Origin: a virus
DNA length: 64,000 nucleotides
Reading direction: 5' to 3' (one strand)
Virus record (IMG/VR): IMGVR_UViG_3300023174_000102
Coordinates: 1-64,000 of that record
Shown piece by piece: positions 39,609 through 49,507 of this stretch. The first letter of the stretch is position 1; each line of letters begins with the position of its first letter. The translations under genes and the position numbers were made by a program. The notes beneath the pieces are model-generated. The model searched no databases, had not been told where the DNA came from, and saw only the letters and a program-made list of their open reading frames with translations.

Positions 39609-40096
39609 TACCAGGTAACAAAAAGGTCTGGTTTCTTAACGGAGACCTGGTTAGAATTCATCACTATAATCATTCCAACGGAATTATGTCTGTTTATAAT
39701 ATAAACAAAGATCAGATTGAAAGTTGTTTAATTAGTGAGTTTAAAAATAAAAGAGAACGAGCATACACAGTAGGTCAGACTGCTGAGTTGGTTAACCGTC
39801 ATAAAAAATATATGCCATCTCTGATGAAGCGTGGAGTGATACCGTTTCCGACGGGCTCACAAAAAGGTGGTGCAAGAGGTTTTCAGGTTAGGTCATACTA
39901 CTCAGAATCACAGGTAAGGGCTATTCGTGATATACTTGCTTCATACCATATTGGTAGGCCAAGAAAAGACAAATTAATAACTAATGATATTACGCCTAGT
40001 AAGCAAGAGTTGACACGAAGAATGGGCGATGGTATACTTACATATACGAGAACTGAAGATGGACGGTTTGTTCCAATTTGGAATGAATCTATTTAA
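39554..40096 (+). CDS. MerR-like helix-turn-helix DNA-binding protein
   Basis: AYTVGQTAELVNRH...RGVIP...RSYYSESQV; GGAGG RBS. Confidence 0.7.
   Translation: MVIKKGTIESEKYNESPVIPGNKKVWFLNGDLVRIHHYNHSNGIMSVYNINKDQIESCLISEFKNKRERAYTVGQTAELVNRHKKYMPSLMKRGVIPFPTGSQKGGARGFQVRSYYSESQVRAIRDILASYHIGRPRKDKLITNDITPSKQELTRRMGDGILTYTRTEDGRFVPIWNESI
40010..40038 (+). promoter_or_regulatory. Consensus sigma70/SigA promoter for the replication genes, inside the HTH gene
   Basis: TTGACA (40010-15), 17 nt, TATACT (40033-38) with TG extension. Confidence 0.8.
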
Positions 40097-40109
40097 CGAA
40101 GGGTATAAA

Positions 40110-40319
40110 ATGGAAAACGAAGACACAAAGGTATCAGTTACACTTGGATACACACTTAATCTAGGAAACTTTCAATCGCTGAGACTTGATTTGGGTATTG
40201 TTGACTCAAGACGTAACGGAGAAACTCCAGACCAAGCCTTTGAGCGTGTTTATAAGTTTGTTGAAGATAAACTAACAGCAAAGATTTTAGAAGCCCAGTC
40301 GGAGGCTGCTGAGGGATAA
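40110..40319 (+). CDS. Hypothetical protein (TLNLGNFQSLRLD family)
   Basis: ORF track 40029..40319; likelier start ATG 40110 after GAAGGG. Confidence 0.65.
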   Translation: MENEDTKVSVTLGYTLNLGNFQSLRLDLGIVDSRRNGETPDQAFERVYKFVEDKLTAKILEAQSEAAEG

Positions 40320-40627
40320 TGGCAGAACGCAAAGACCGTATGGCTTTGCTTTCAAGATACAGCAAGTATCATACCGCAAGGTACGAATCAAAGCCATCCC
40401 TTAACCTTAATGTAGAGCAGTGGGCTTCAGATGCTCTTGTTGAATCATATACGTTGCCAGGATGCTACGATATACTTGAGTATTATTTTTCAGTTGCAGA
40501 AAATCCATCTTGGAACTACTTTGCATATAATGCAGAAAAAATATTGCAGGCACAAAAAGAAAAAAATAAAGATGATCAAGAAAGAGCAGAGCGCAGAAAA
40601 ATGGCAAAGGAGTGGTTAAGTGAATAA
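40319..40627 (+). CDS. Hypothetical protein upstream of helicase
   Basis: Coupled to both neighbours. Confidence 0.6.
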   Translation: MAERKDRMALLSRYSKYHTARYESKPSLNLNVEQWASDALVESYTLPGCYDILEYYFSVAENPSWNYFAYNAEKILQAQKEKNKDDQERAERRKMAKEWLSE

Positions 40628-41840
40628 TACAGAGGCAAAACTTCTTACGGCTGTTTTAAATGATAAGCAGATTCACGTGCTATTGCAGGCCAATGTTGAT
40701 AATCTTTTAAGAACGCATGGCGATATCTGGAACTTTGTTAGACTATATTTTGAAAATAACTCAGTTCTTCCTCCAGCAGAACTAGTTACTGAAAAATTTA
40801 GAGACTTTGAGCCAGTAGCAGGAGTTGGTGCAACAAAGCATCATCTTGAAGAACTTCAAGGAGAATACCTTACAGATAGCCTAAAGGATATTATTAGGTC
40901 TGCAGCAAGCGAGATTCAAAACAATAATGGAACTGGTGCACTTAACGAGTTAATTACAAAAACATCAGAACTCAAAAAAAATACAGCAGCAATTCGTGAC
41001 ATTGATGTTACAGACCTTGAGTCTGCTATTGCATATTTTGAGAATGTAAAGAAACAGCAGGCACTAGGTTTATCTGGAATTAAAACTGGACTCCCAGGTT
41101 TTGATAATTATCTTCCTTCAGGCATTATGCCAGGACAACTTGGAGTGTTTCTTGCTTACCCAGGAATTGGTAAGTCATGGTTAGCGCTATACTTTGCAGT
41201 TCAAGCATGGAAGCAAGGTAAGAGTCCAATGGTCATCTCTCTTGAAATGAGTGAGACAGAAGTTCGCAATCGTGTGTTTACTATTATGGGAGAGGGCCGA
41301 TGGTCGCATCGCAAAATTAGTAATGGTGAGATTGAAATAGATATGCTTAAAGACTGGCATGCTAAGAATCTTAAGGGCAAGCCAGAGTTCCACATCATAT
41401 CAAACGATCAAGGTGGTGAAATTAATCCCTCAGTTCTTCGTGGAAAGATTGATCAGTATAAGCCAGACTTTGTAATTGTTGATTACCTTCAGTTAATGGC
41501 TCCTAATCAGAAGTCAGATAATGAAACAGTACGAATGAAGAACCTTTCTCGTGAACTTAAACTTATGGCTATTGGTGAAGAAGTTCCAATCATCGCTATC
41601 TCATCTGCCACACCAGATGATGTAAATGACCTATCCACAGTCCCAACACTGGGTCAAACTGCATGGTCAAGACAGATTGCATATGATGCTGATTGGGTTC
41701 TTGCTTTGGGCCGTGGTACAAATAGCGATATCATTGAGTGTGCATTTAGAAAGAATCGTAACGGATTTATGGGTGATTTTTTAGTCCAGTGTGATTTTGA
41801 TAAGGGATATTACAGATATAAAGACTTTGAAGATAAGTAG
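40620..41840 (+). CDS. dnaB: DnaB-like replicative helicase
   Basis: AYPGIGKS Walker A, ISLEMS, VIVDYLQLM, LSRELKLMA, IAYDAD, KNRNG. Confidence 0.93.
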   Translation: MNNTEAKLLTAVLNDKQIHVLLQANVDNLLRTHGDIWNFVRLYFENNSVLPPAELVTEKFRDFEPVAGVGATKHHLEELQGEYLTDSLKDIIRSAASEIQNNNGTGALNELITKTSELKKNTAAIRDIDVTDLESAIAYFENVKKQQALGLSGIKTGLPGFDNYLPSGIMPGQLGVFLAYPGIGKSWLALYFAVQAWKQGKSPMVISLEMSETEVRNRVFTIMGEGRWSHRKISNGEIEIDMLKDWHAKNLKGKPEFHIISNDQGGEINPSVLRGKIDQYKPDFVIVDYLQLMAPNQKSDNETVRMKNLSRELKLMAIGEEVPIIAISSATPDDVNDLSTVPTLGQTAWSRQIAYDADWVLALGRGTNSDIIECAFRKNRNGFMGDFLVQCDFDKGYYRYKDFEDK

Positions 41841-41852
41841 TTATAATATGGT

Positions 41853-42209
41853 ATGTCAAAAAAGAGTGCCAACACTTATGATTCATACCATCATAAAACT
41901 ATCAAAAGGTTTTACCTTGATGGAATAATTTATGATGACTCAATGATTGGCAGACTTAAAGATGAGTATATAAGATTATTGGTATCGGAAATGAAATTAA
42001 GTGGTTATGTGCCAAGAATTGATCTTGACCCAGATTTTACTATAGGGTATAATGAGATAAAGAACTTTTTTGAATTTGAATTATCAATACAGGCAGTCTA
42101 CGCAGGGAAGAGGAAAAGCGAATGGATAGCAGGAATAGACGGAACAACTCCAATCTTTATTCCGCAGAACAAGTCAAGCGAGTCCTTACAGGATCGGGTA
42201 TTACCGTAG
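41853..42209 (+). CDS. Hypothetical protein; probably leaderless
   Basis: TATAAT at 41842-47, 5 nt before ATG; overlaps the primase start by 88 nt. Confidence 0.6.
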   Translation: MSKKSANTYDSYHHKTIKRFYLDGIIYDDSMIGRLKDEYIRLLVSEMKLSGYVPRIDLDPDFTIGYNEIKNFFEFELSIQAVYAGKRKSEWIAGIDGTTPIFIPQNKSSESLQDRVLP

Positions 42210-43066
42210 AGTCTGAACTTGATGCAGACTTCATGATCTTTTGTCCATTTCACAATAATCACAGAACACCAGCAGGAGAAGTTCAAAAAGATAGCGGAAT
42301 GTTTTTCTGTTTCTCTTGTCAGAAATCTGCAGACCTTATAGAGTTGGTTATGTATACCTCTGGTAGGACATATTTTGAGGCTGCTAGATTTATTAAAACT
42401 AAAGAAAAATTAACTAATCTTACTACAGAGATTGATAAGGTTCTTGTAAAAGAAGAGCAGTATAAAACATTTGATGAATTAATTATTAAAAGATTACACA
42501 ACAACCTAGTTGCTTCCGAAAGAGCAAAGAATTATTTTACATATAGAAAAATTCAAAAACCTTCATGCATAAAGTTTTCATTAGGATATTCCGAAAAGCA
42601 AGACATGGTTACTGTTCCAGTTCATAGCCCAGATGGGATACCTTTAGGGTTTGTTGGTAGATCTATTGAGGGAAAAGATTTTAAAAATACGCCAGGACTA
42701 CCAAAAAGTAAAACCCTTTTTAACTTGCACAGAGTTAAGAAGTCTGATAGAGTATATGTAGTGGAATCTTCATTTGATGCTATTAGGCTTGATCAGGTAG
42801 GTCTTCCAGCAGTAGCAACGCTTGGTGCAAATGTATCAAGTACACAGATAGAATTGCTTCAGAAGTATTTTAATAACATTATTGTTATTGCTGATAATGA
42901 TGAGGCGGGAGGAAATATGAAAGATAGAATCGTTGAGAAACTATCTACTCGTGTTTCCGTTATTAAACTAAACACTCAGTATAAAGATATTGGCGATATG
43001 CCAGACGAAGAACTTAGAAATTTAGAGTTTCAGTTTGACAAATCAATATCACTTATGCTAAACTAA
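42122..43066 (+). CDS. dnaG: DNA primase (CHC2 zinc finger + TOPRIM)
   Basis: CPFH...CFSC; GFVGR; VVESSFDAI; ADNDEAG; KDIGD. Confidence 0.92.
   Translation: MDSRNRRNNSNLYSAEQVKRVLTGSGITVESELDADFMIFCPFHNNHRTPAGEVQKDSGMFFCFSCQKSADLIELVMYTSGRTYFEAARFIKTKEKLTNLTTEIDKVLVKEEQYKTFDELIIKRLHNNLVASERAKNYFTYRKIQKPSCIKFSLGYSEKQDMVTVPVHSPDGIPLGFVGRSIEGKDFKNTPGLPKSKTLFNLHRVKKSDRVYVVESSFDAIRLDQVGLPAVATLGANVSSTQIELLQKYFNNIIVIADNDEAGGNMKDRIVEKLSTRVSVIKLNTQYKDIGDMPDEELRNLEFQFDKSISLMLN
43035..43064 (+). promoter_or_regulatory. sigma70/SigA-type promoter
   Basis: TTGACA, 18 nt, TAAACT with TG extension, upstream of 43090. Confidence 0.7.
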
Positions 43067-43089
43067 TATAATAAACAAAGGAGAATAAT

Positions 43090-43746
43090 ATGAGCGTAGT
43101 AAAGGGACTCAAGAATATCAATGCCCTGCTCGACAAGCCAAAGTATGAAAACGACGGGCCAAAGGTAAAGTGGCTAAAACTTGCAGACGGTCAATCTGTA
43201 AAGATTCGATTCATTGAAGAACTTGATGAAGATTCTGCAAACTATAATGAAAAGCGTGGACTAGCACTTGTTGTTAAGGAGCACGTAAACCCAAAGGACT
43301 ACAAGCGCAAGGCTGTAGACACAATGGAGTCAGAGGGTCGTGACTGGGCAGAAGAAATGCACCGCAAGGATCCAAAGGCAGGATGGCGTGGCCGTCTTCG
43401 TTTCTACTGCAACGTACTAGTTGATGACGGAATTGAAGCACCTTATGTTGCAATTTGGTCAATGGGTATCAGCAAGCAATCATCATTTAATACAATTCGT
43501 GAGTATGCTCTTGAAACAGGAAGCATCTCAAATGTACTGTGGAAGTTAAAGCGTAATGGTCAGGGGACTGAAACTAATTACACACTTATTCCATCAGCAC
43601 CAGACAAGGAACCATTTGATTGGAAGGACATTGAGCCTTATCCTCTTGAGTCAGCACTTAAGAAGATTCCTTATGCCGAGCAAGAAGCATACTATTTGGG
43701 CTTTGATGGTCCATCTGTAACTTCATCTACCAACGCAGATTGGTAA
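43090..43746 (+). CDS. Single-stranded DNA-binding protein (phage gp32-like)
   Basis: WLKLADGQSVKIRF, RFYCNVLV, KLKRNGQGTETNYTL; acidic/aromatic C-terminus; between primase and polymerase. Confidence 0.7.
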   Translation: MSVVKGLKNINALLDKPKYENDGPKVKWLKLADGQSVKIRFIEELDEDSANYNEKRGLALVVKEHVNPKDYKRKAVDTMESEGRDWAEEMHRKDPKAGWRGRLRFYCNVLVDDGIEAPYVAIWSMGISKQSSFNTIREYALETGSISNVLWKLKRNGQGTETNYTLIPSAPDKEPFDWKDIEPYPLESALKKIPYAEQEAYYLGFDGPSVTSSTNADW

Positions 43747-43747
43747 T

Positions 43748-46700
43748 ATGAACTACGTCGGCTTACATGTCCATACCCATTTTAGTTTATTTGATGGGAT
43801 TGCTACTCCAGAAGAATACGTGAACCGTGCAGTTGAGTTAGGGATGCCAGCAATAGCCATCACTGACCACGGTACTTTATCTGGGCATAGGGAACTGCAC
43901 CGTATTGCAAAAGCAAAGGGCATTAAGCCAATTCTAGGTCTAGAAGGATACATGTGTGCAGACATATCTGATACACGAGATAAGTCTGAAAGAGAAGGTC
44001 AGCAAGATCTTGTCTACAACCACATTATCCTTCTAGCCAAGAATCAAATTGGTTTGGAAAACCTTAACAAGATTAGCGAATTATCTTGGACAGATGGTTT
44101 CTTTAAGAAGCCACGATTTGACTTTGAGATATTAGAAAAATATAAAGAGGGAATCATTGTTTCTTCTGCATGTCCAAGTAGCGTTCTAGTTAAAGCATTA
44201 GAAGAGGAAGAGTTTGCACTTGCCAAGAAGTATCTATCTTGGTTTAAGGAGCGATTTGGTGATGACTATTATGTTGAGGTTATGCCTCATAACGAAGCAC
44301 ATATAAACAAGTATTTAATTGAACTTGCAGATGAGTTTTCCATTAAGGTTATTGTTACACCAGATTGCCACCATGTTGATCCATCACAAAAAGAAGTTCA
44401 AGAGTTTAAGTTACTTATGAATACACACGGTAAGTTTGTAAAAGATGCAACATATGAAAAGTCAAAGAAAAAAGGCAACATCATGGAACGCCTTGATTAT
44501 CTTTATGGCGAAGACCGTCAGATTACATTTAATAAGTTTGATATCCATCTGCTTTCATATGAAGAAATTAAAGCAGCCATGGAAGAGCAGGGTATTGATC
44601 GACCAGACATCTACTCAAATACAATCCTATTAGCAGAGACAGTAGGAGACTACGGTATTCAAGAAGGATTAAACCTTCTACCAGTACAGTACAAAAGTCC
44701 TGACAAGGAACTTGCAAAGGTTGCTTTGGAAGGTTTGGCAGAGCGAGGACTATCAGAGAACAAAGAGTATCTTGATAGACTTGAAGAAGAATTACAGATT
44801 ATTAAAGATAAGAAATTTGCTCCATACTTCCTTGTTGTGAGTAACATGATTAACTGGGCCAAGAAAGAAGAAATCATGGTTGGTCCTGGTCGTGGTTCAT
44901 CTGCTGGATCTCTTGTTTGTTATGCGCTAAAGATTACAGATATTGATCCTATTGAACACAACCTTTTGTTCTTCCGCTTTATTAATCCAGAGCGCAATGA
45001 CTTTCCAGATATTGATACAGATATTCAAGATACTCGTCGTGAAGAAGTAAAAGACTATCTTGTTAGACAGTACCGACATGTTGCATCTATTGCCACCTTC
45101 CTTGAATTTACAGGTAAGGGAATTGTTAGAGACGTTGCACGAGTATTAAACATTCCCCTATCAGATGTAAATAAAGTATTAAAAACTGTGGACTCTTGGG
45201 ATGATTTCTGCAATTCAAAATCAACCAGAGAATTTCGTGAAAAGTATCCAGAAGTAGAAGTTTACGGAGAGCAACTTCGTGGTCGCATCCGTGGTACAGG
45301 TATTCACGCTGCTGGTGTGGTAACTGCAAAAGAACCAATCTTTAGATATGCACCACTTGAAACAAGATCATCTACTGGTTCTGATGAAAGAATTCCTGTT
45401 GTTGGCGTTGACATGGAAGAGGCCGAGAGAATTGGTTTAATTAAGATCGATGCCTTGGGACTTAAAACATTATCTGTTCTTAAGAATACAATTGATATCA
45501 TCAAAGAGCGTGATGGCAAAAAGATTGATCTTCTTAAAATTAAAATGGACGATGCCAATGTTTATCAGATGCTTTCAGATGGATACACAAAGGGTGTCTT
45601 CCAGTGTGAAGCAGCACCTTATACCAACCTTTTAGTTAAGATGGGTGTCAAGAATCTAAACGAACTTGCAGCATCTAATGCTCTGGTTCGACCAGGTGCG
45701 ATGAACACAATTGGTAAGGACTATGTTGATCGTAAGCATGGTCGTCAAAATATATCTTATACTCATCAAGTACTAAAACAATTTACGGAGGACACCTATG
45801 GCTGTATTCTTTACCAGGAACAAGTTATGCAAGCATGCGTACACCTTGGCGGTATGTCCATGTCGGAAGCAGATAAAGTTAGAAAGATCATTGGTAAGAA
45901 AAAAGATGCTAAAGAATTTGATCAGTTTAAAGAGAAATTTGTAGAGGGTGCATCAAAGTTTATCTCTCCAAACCTTGCTCTTGACTTATGGCATGACTTT
46001 GAGGCTCACGCAGGGTACTCATTTAATAAGTCACACGCAGTAGCATACTCAACCCTATCTTATTGGACAGCATGGTTGAAGTATTACTATCCACTTGAGT
46101 TTATGTACTCAGTGCTAAAAAATGAAAAGGATAAAGATGCGAGAACTGAATACCTTATTGAAGCAAAAAGAATGGGTATTAGCATTAAGTTACCTCATAT
46201 TAACGATTCGGATATCGATTTTAAAATTGAGGGTAAAGGTATTCGGTTTGGACTCAGTGCTATCAAGTTCATATCTGATAAAATTGGTGAACGATACATA
46301 TCTGCACGACCATTTAGTTCTTACAAAGAACTTGAAGAATTTACATTTACCAAGGGTAACGGAGTAAACAGTCGTGCACTACAGGCACTCAGAGTAATTG
46401 GTGCTGCAACCTTTAATGATAATCCTAGAAATGATCAGGAGATTAAAGAGAATCTGTACGAATATTTAAATCTTCCAGAGTTTAATATCACAATTCCTTC
46501 TCATTACTATGCCTTCATTCAGGATATTGTTGACTTTGAAGAAAAGGGATCATATATATTCATGGGTATGGTAAAATCAATTAAGCGAGGAACAGGATGG
46601 TCACGAGTTGAAATTTTGGACAAAACTGGCAGTGTCGGTATATTTGATGATGAAAATACAACTATTGAGACAGGTCGCTCTTATCTTGTCTTGTGTAATG

Positions 46701-47023
46701 ATAATAGGATTGTTTCTTTCATACCTTCAGATGAGATAAAAGAATCATCTCATGCTCTTGTAAAGTTTTTAAGTTACAAGCAGTTGCCATACAAGGATGA
46801 TGAGATGTTTGTAGTTTCTTTTAAACCAAGAATTACAAAGACTGGAAAGAAAATGGCATCTCTTACTCTTGCAGACACAAGAAGAGACTTACATTCAATT
46901 ACAGTTTTCCCTACATCATTTGCAAAAGCGTATATGAGTATTGAAGAAGGAAAAGCATACAAGTTTGATTTTGGAAAGACAAAAGACGGAACAGTAACAT
47001 TGGAGGATGTACATGTCGGTTAG
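43748..47023 (+). CDS. dnaE: DNA polymerase III alpha subunit (family C)
   Basis: PHP domain HVHTHFS/TDHG; GPGRGSSAGS; PDIDTD; HAAG; KIDALGL; YSFNKSHA. Confidence 0.97.
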   Translation: MNYVGLHVHTHFSLFDGIATPEEYVNRAVELGMPAIAITDHGTLSGHRELHRIAKAKGIKPILGLEGYMCADISDTRDKSEREGQQDLVYNHIILLAKNQIGLENLNKISELSWTDGFFKKPRFDFEILEKYKEGIIVSSACPSSVLVKALEEEEFALAKKYLSWFKERFGDDYYVEVMPHNEAHINKYLIELADEFSIKVIVTPDCHHVDPSQKEVQEFKLLMNTHGKFVKDATYEKSKKKGNIMERLDYLYGEDRQITFNKFDIHLLSYEEIKAAMEEQGIDRPDIYSNTILLAETVGDYGIQEGLNLLPVQYKSPDKELAKVALEGLAERGLSENKEYLDRLEEELQIIKDKKFAPYFLVVSNMINWAKKEEIMVGPGRGSSAGSLVCYALKITDIDPIEHNLLFFRFINPERNDFPDIDTDIQDTRREEVKDYLVRQYRHVASIATFLEFTGKGIVRDVARVLNIPLSDVNKVLKTVDSWDDFCNSKSTREFREKYPEVEVYGEQLRGRIRGTGIHAAGVVTAKEPIFRYAPLETRSSTGSDERIPVVGVDMEEAERIGLIKIDALGLKTLSVLKNTIDIIKERDGKKIDLLKIKMDDANVYQMLSDGYTKGVFQCEAAPYTNLLVKMGVKNLNELAASNALVRPGAMNTIGKDYVDRKHGRQNISYTHQVLKQFTEDTYGCILYQEQVMQACVHLGGMSMSEADKVRKIIGKKKDAKEFDQFKEKFVEGASKFISPNLALDLWHDFEAHAGYSFNKSHAVAYSTLSYWTAWLKYYYPLEFMYSVLKNEKDKDARTEYLIEAKRMGISIKLPHINDSDIDFKIEGKGIRFGLSAIKFISDKIGERYISARPFSSYKELEEFTFTKGNGVNSRALQALRVIGAATFNDNPRNDQEIKENLYEYLNLPEFNITIPSHYYAFIQDIVDFEEKGSYIFMGMVKSIKRGTGWSRVEILDKTGSVGIFDDENTTIETGRSYLVLCNDNRIVSFIPSDEIKESSHALVKFLSYKQLPYKDDEMFVVSFKPRITKTGKKMASLTLADTRRDLHSITVFPTSFAKAYMSIEEGKAYKFDFGKTKDGTVTLEDVHVG

Positions 47024-48023
47024 TATAGAAGAAGCATTAGCACAACTTGATCCTAAGTTAAGAAAAAGATTGGGAAGCGGAGTTGGAGTTAACTATGAGT
47101 ATCAGCCAACACCTAGTTATGGTTTAAACCGTGCACTAGGTGGAGGATTACCATATGGCAGACAGGTTCTTATTTGGGGATCAAAGTCTTCTGCAAAGTC
47201 TTCTATGTGCCTTCAGATGATTGCTCTAGCACAAGCAGAGGGAAAACTGTGTGCATGGATTGACTCTGAGATGTCATATTCAGAAGATTGGGCAAGATCT
47301 TTGGGTGTAGACCCAACAAAACTAATCTACTCACAAGCAAGAACTATCAGTGATATGGTAGATGTTGGAGTTGGTTTAATGAATGCTGGAGTTGATCTAA
47401 TTGTAGTAGACTCTATCACATCAATGCTTCCAGCAATCTATTTTGAAAAAGATACAGATGAAATGAAGGCTTTGGAAAACACAAAGCAGATTGGAGCAGA
47501 ATCTCGTGACTTTAGTAATGCGTGGAAAATGCTTAACTATGCAAATAATAAAGTTAAGCCAACTCTTCTTGTGCTTATTTCTCAGTCCCGCAATAATATT
47601 AACGCTATGTATACTAGCCAGCAGCCGTCAGGTGGTCAGGCTACTAAGTTTTACTCTTCATGCATCATCAAACTATTTAGTTCAGAATCAGACAATCAAG
47701 CAATTAAAGGCAAAATCAAGGTAGGAGATAAATTAATTGAAGAAAAAATTGGTAGAACTATTAAATGGGAACTACAGTTCTCAAAAACCTCCCCAGGGTT
47801 TCAATCTGGCGAGTATGATTTTTATTTTAGAGGTGACGATATTGGTCTTGACACCATCGGCGATCTTGTTACTACTGCTGAGTTAAACGGTATAGTTGAG
47901 CGCACTGGAGCCTGGTATATTCTTCCTGATGGATCAAAGGTGCAAGGCAAGGAAGCGTTTGTAAATCGTGTACGAGAAGATCTTGACTTGCAAGAATCAA
48001 TCAAGGCAAAATTAAATGGCTAG
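47013..48023 (+). CDS. recA: RecA-like recombinase
   Basis: ALGGGLPYGR, WIDSE, IVVDSI, ISQSR, GGQATKFYSS, GAWY; GGAGG RBS favours ATG 47013 over 47007. Confidence 0.92.
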   Translation: MSVSIEEALAQLDPKLRKRLGSGVGVNYEYQPTPSYGLNRALGGGLPYGRQVLIWGSKSSAKSSMCLQMIALAQAEGKLCAWIDSEMSYSEDWARSLGVDPTKLIYSQARTISDMVDVGVGLMNAGVDLIVVDSITSMLPAIYFEKDTDEMKALENTKQIGAESRDFSNAWKMLNYANNKVKPTLLVLISQSRNNINAMYTSQQPSGGQATKFYSSCIIKLFSSESDNQAIKGKIKVGDKLIEEKIGRTIKWELQFSKTSPGFQSGEYDFYFRGDDIGLDTIGDLVTTAELNGIVERTGAWYILPDGSKVQGKEAFVNRVREDLDLQESIKAKLNG

Positions 48024-48192
48024 TTTTACAGTATATTATGGAAAGTTTACTTGTCACGAATGTAAAACTGAGGTCAAGTCTTTAAGGCTTTATGCAGAAA
48101 CAAAGACAGCAACTTGGATGTGTGCTAATAAGCATCTAAGTAGTGTTAAGTTTGGAAAGCAGAAATGGAAGGGTAATGACAGAGAAGAGTGA
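48016..48192 (+). CDS. Small zinc-ribbon protein, 58 aa (absent from ORF track)
   Basis: MASFTVYYGKFTCHECK...WMCANKH; overlaps recA stop and next start. Confidence 0.65.
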   Translation: MASFTVYYGKFTCHECKTEVKSLRLYAETKTATWMCANKHLSSVKFGKQKWKGNDREE

Positions 48193-48463
48193 GTCTAAGA
48201 GAATAGGTGCAAAACAGCACAAAAACTCTGGGCGAAATACACAAAAAGGAGATGCTTCCTGGAAAAACTTTGTTGTAGACTTTAAAGAGGTCGGAAAGTC
48301 TTTTACTTTAAACAAAGAGGTATGGGCTAAGGCTACAACAGATGCCATGAAAAATGGCAAAGACCCAGCCATTATTGTAGTAATAGGAGAGGGCAACACA
48401 AAAGTTAGACTTGCTATAATTGAGATGAGTATTTTAGAACAACTTTCAGAGGATGGTGTATAA
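48176..48463 (+). CDS. PD-(D/E)XK nuclease, Holliday junction resolvase-like
   Basis: E...NSGR...GDA...VDFKE; ATG 48176 after GGAAGGG. Confidence 0.7.
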   Translation: MTEKSESKRIGAKQHKNSGRNTQKGDASWKNFVVDFKEVGKSFTLNKEVWAKATTDAMKNGKDPAIIVVIGEGNTKVRLAIIEMSILEQLSEDGV

Positions 48464-48470
48464 TATTAAT

Positions 48471-49157
48471 ATGAATACAGGACATGAACCAAAAAATAAA
48501 ATAGTTCCACATGTGATTAGAGATTTTTTTACTGAAGCAGAAGTAGAAGTTTTACAAGCAATTGTAAAGTATCAAAAAAATGCTAAGGATTTAGATGAGT
48601 TCTATGCACCTATGCTGCTGCCTGACCTATCAAGAATGCAGATAGAAGTAATGTATCCAGAACACATACGAAGAAAACTTGAAAGGTTTGCTTCAAATTT
48701 AGTTGGAGAGGAAGTATTTATGTACCATAATAGTTATCTAAGTTACAACAAAGAACATAATTCTACCTCAAATCCAAAGTTACCAGTACACTACGATTCA
48801 GATAATTATTTTTCTAAATTAACAATGGATTACCAGTTGGGTGCTAACATAGATTGGCCTATAGTGATTGAAGGTGAAAGTTTTAATCTTCAGTACGGAG
48901 ATCTTCTTATATTTTGGGGTGCTGGTCAGGTACACTGGAGAGAGCCTGTATTGTTTAAAGAAGGAGACAACACTGAGGTTTTGACAATGCATTTCTCAAC
49001 AAAAGAAGACTTTGAAAAGTTAAACCTTGTTTCTCGTGATCCAGAAAAAAGAAAAGAAAGATTGGCAACTTGGCAGGCAGATCCACAGTTTGCACAATAC
49101 AATAAAGACTTTTTTGCAAAAGAAGATGCACTATTAAACTTTAAAATTATTGGATAA
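48471..49157 (+). CDS. 2OG-Fe(II) dioxygenase superfamily protein; probably leaderless
   Basis: LPVHYD (HxD), WPIVIEG, GDLLIF, HWRE; TATAAT 6 nt before ATG 48471. Confidence 0.75.
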   Translation: MNTGHEPKNKIVPHVIRDFFTEAEVEVLQAIVKYQKNAKDLDEFYAPMLLPDLSRMQIEVMYPEHIRRKLERFASNLVGEEVFMYHNSYLSYNKEHNSTSNPKLPVHYDSDNYFSKLTMDYQLGANIDWPIVIEGESFNLQYGDLLIFWGAGQVHWREPVLFKEGDNTEVLTMHFSTKEDFEKLNLVSRDPEKRKERLATWQADPQFAQYNKDFFAKEDALLNFKIIG

Positions 49158-49166
49158 GGAAATTAA

Positions 49167-49472
49167 ATGCAAAACGAAGTTACGACAATAGATATGGTAA
49201 ATGGTCTTGCAGAAATTGCAGACTACATGAAAGATGAAGAACTAACTACTGCATTAACCTTTATAGCAAAAATCATTGTTAAGCCAGACATTCCTTTGAA
49301 TGTGGCTACCGTTGAAATTGTAAGACTTCAGGCTATTGCTGCAAAGATGGCTTTTAAGGCTACTTGGATGGCTAATGTAGACAAGTCAGATCGTGGAAAG
49401 AAAAACCTTTATTATACGGCAGCAGAATCTATTAATAATTTAGTATCTGCATTAAAATATATAACTCGATAG
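49167..49472 (+). CDS. Hypothetical helical protein
   Basis: ORF with TAAGGA RBS; no recognised motif. Confidence 0.6.
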   Translation: MQNEVTTIDMVNGLAEIADYMKDEELTTALTFIAKIIVKPDIPLNVATVEIVRLQAIAAKMAFKATWMANVDKSDRGKKNLYYTAAESINNLVSALKYITR

Positions 49473-49507
49473 TCTGCTATACTTATACTAATAGAAACGA
49501 GAAATTA

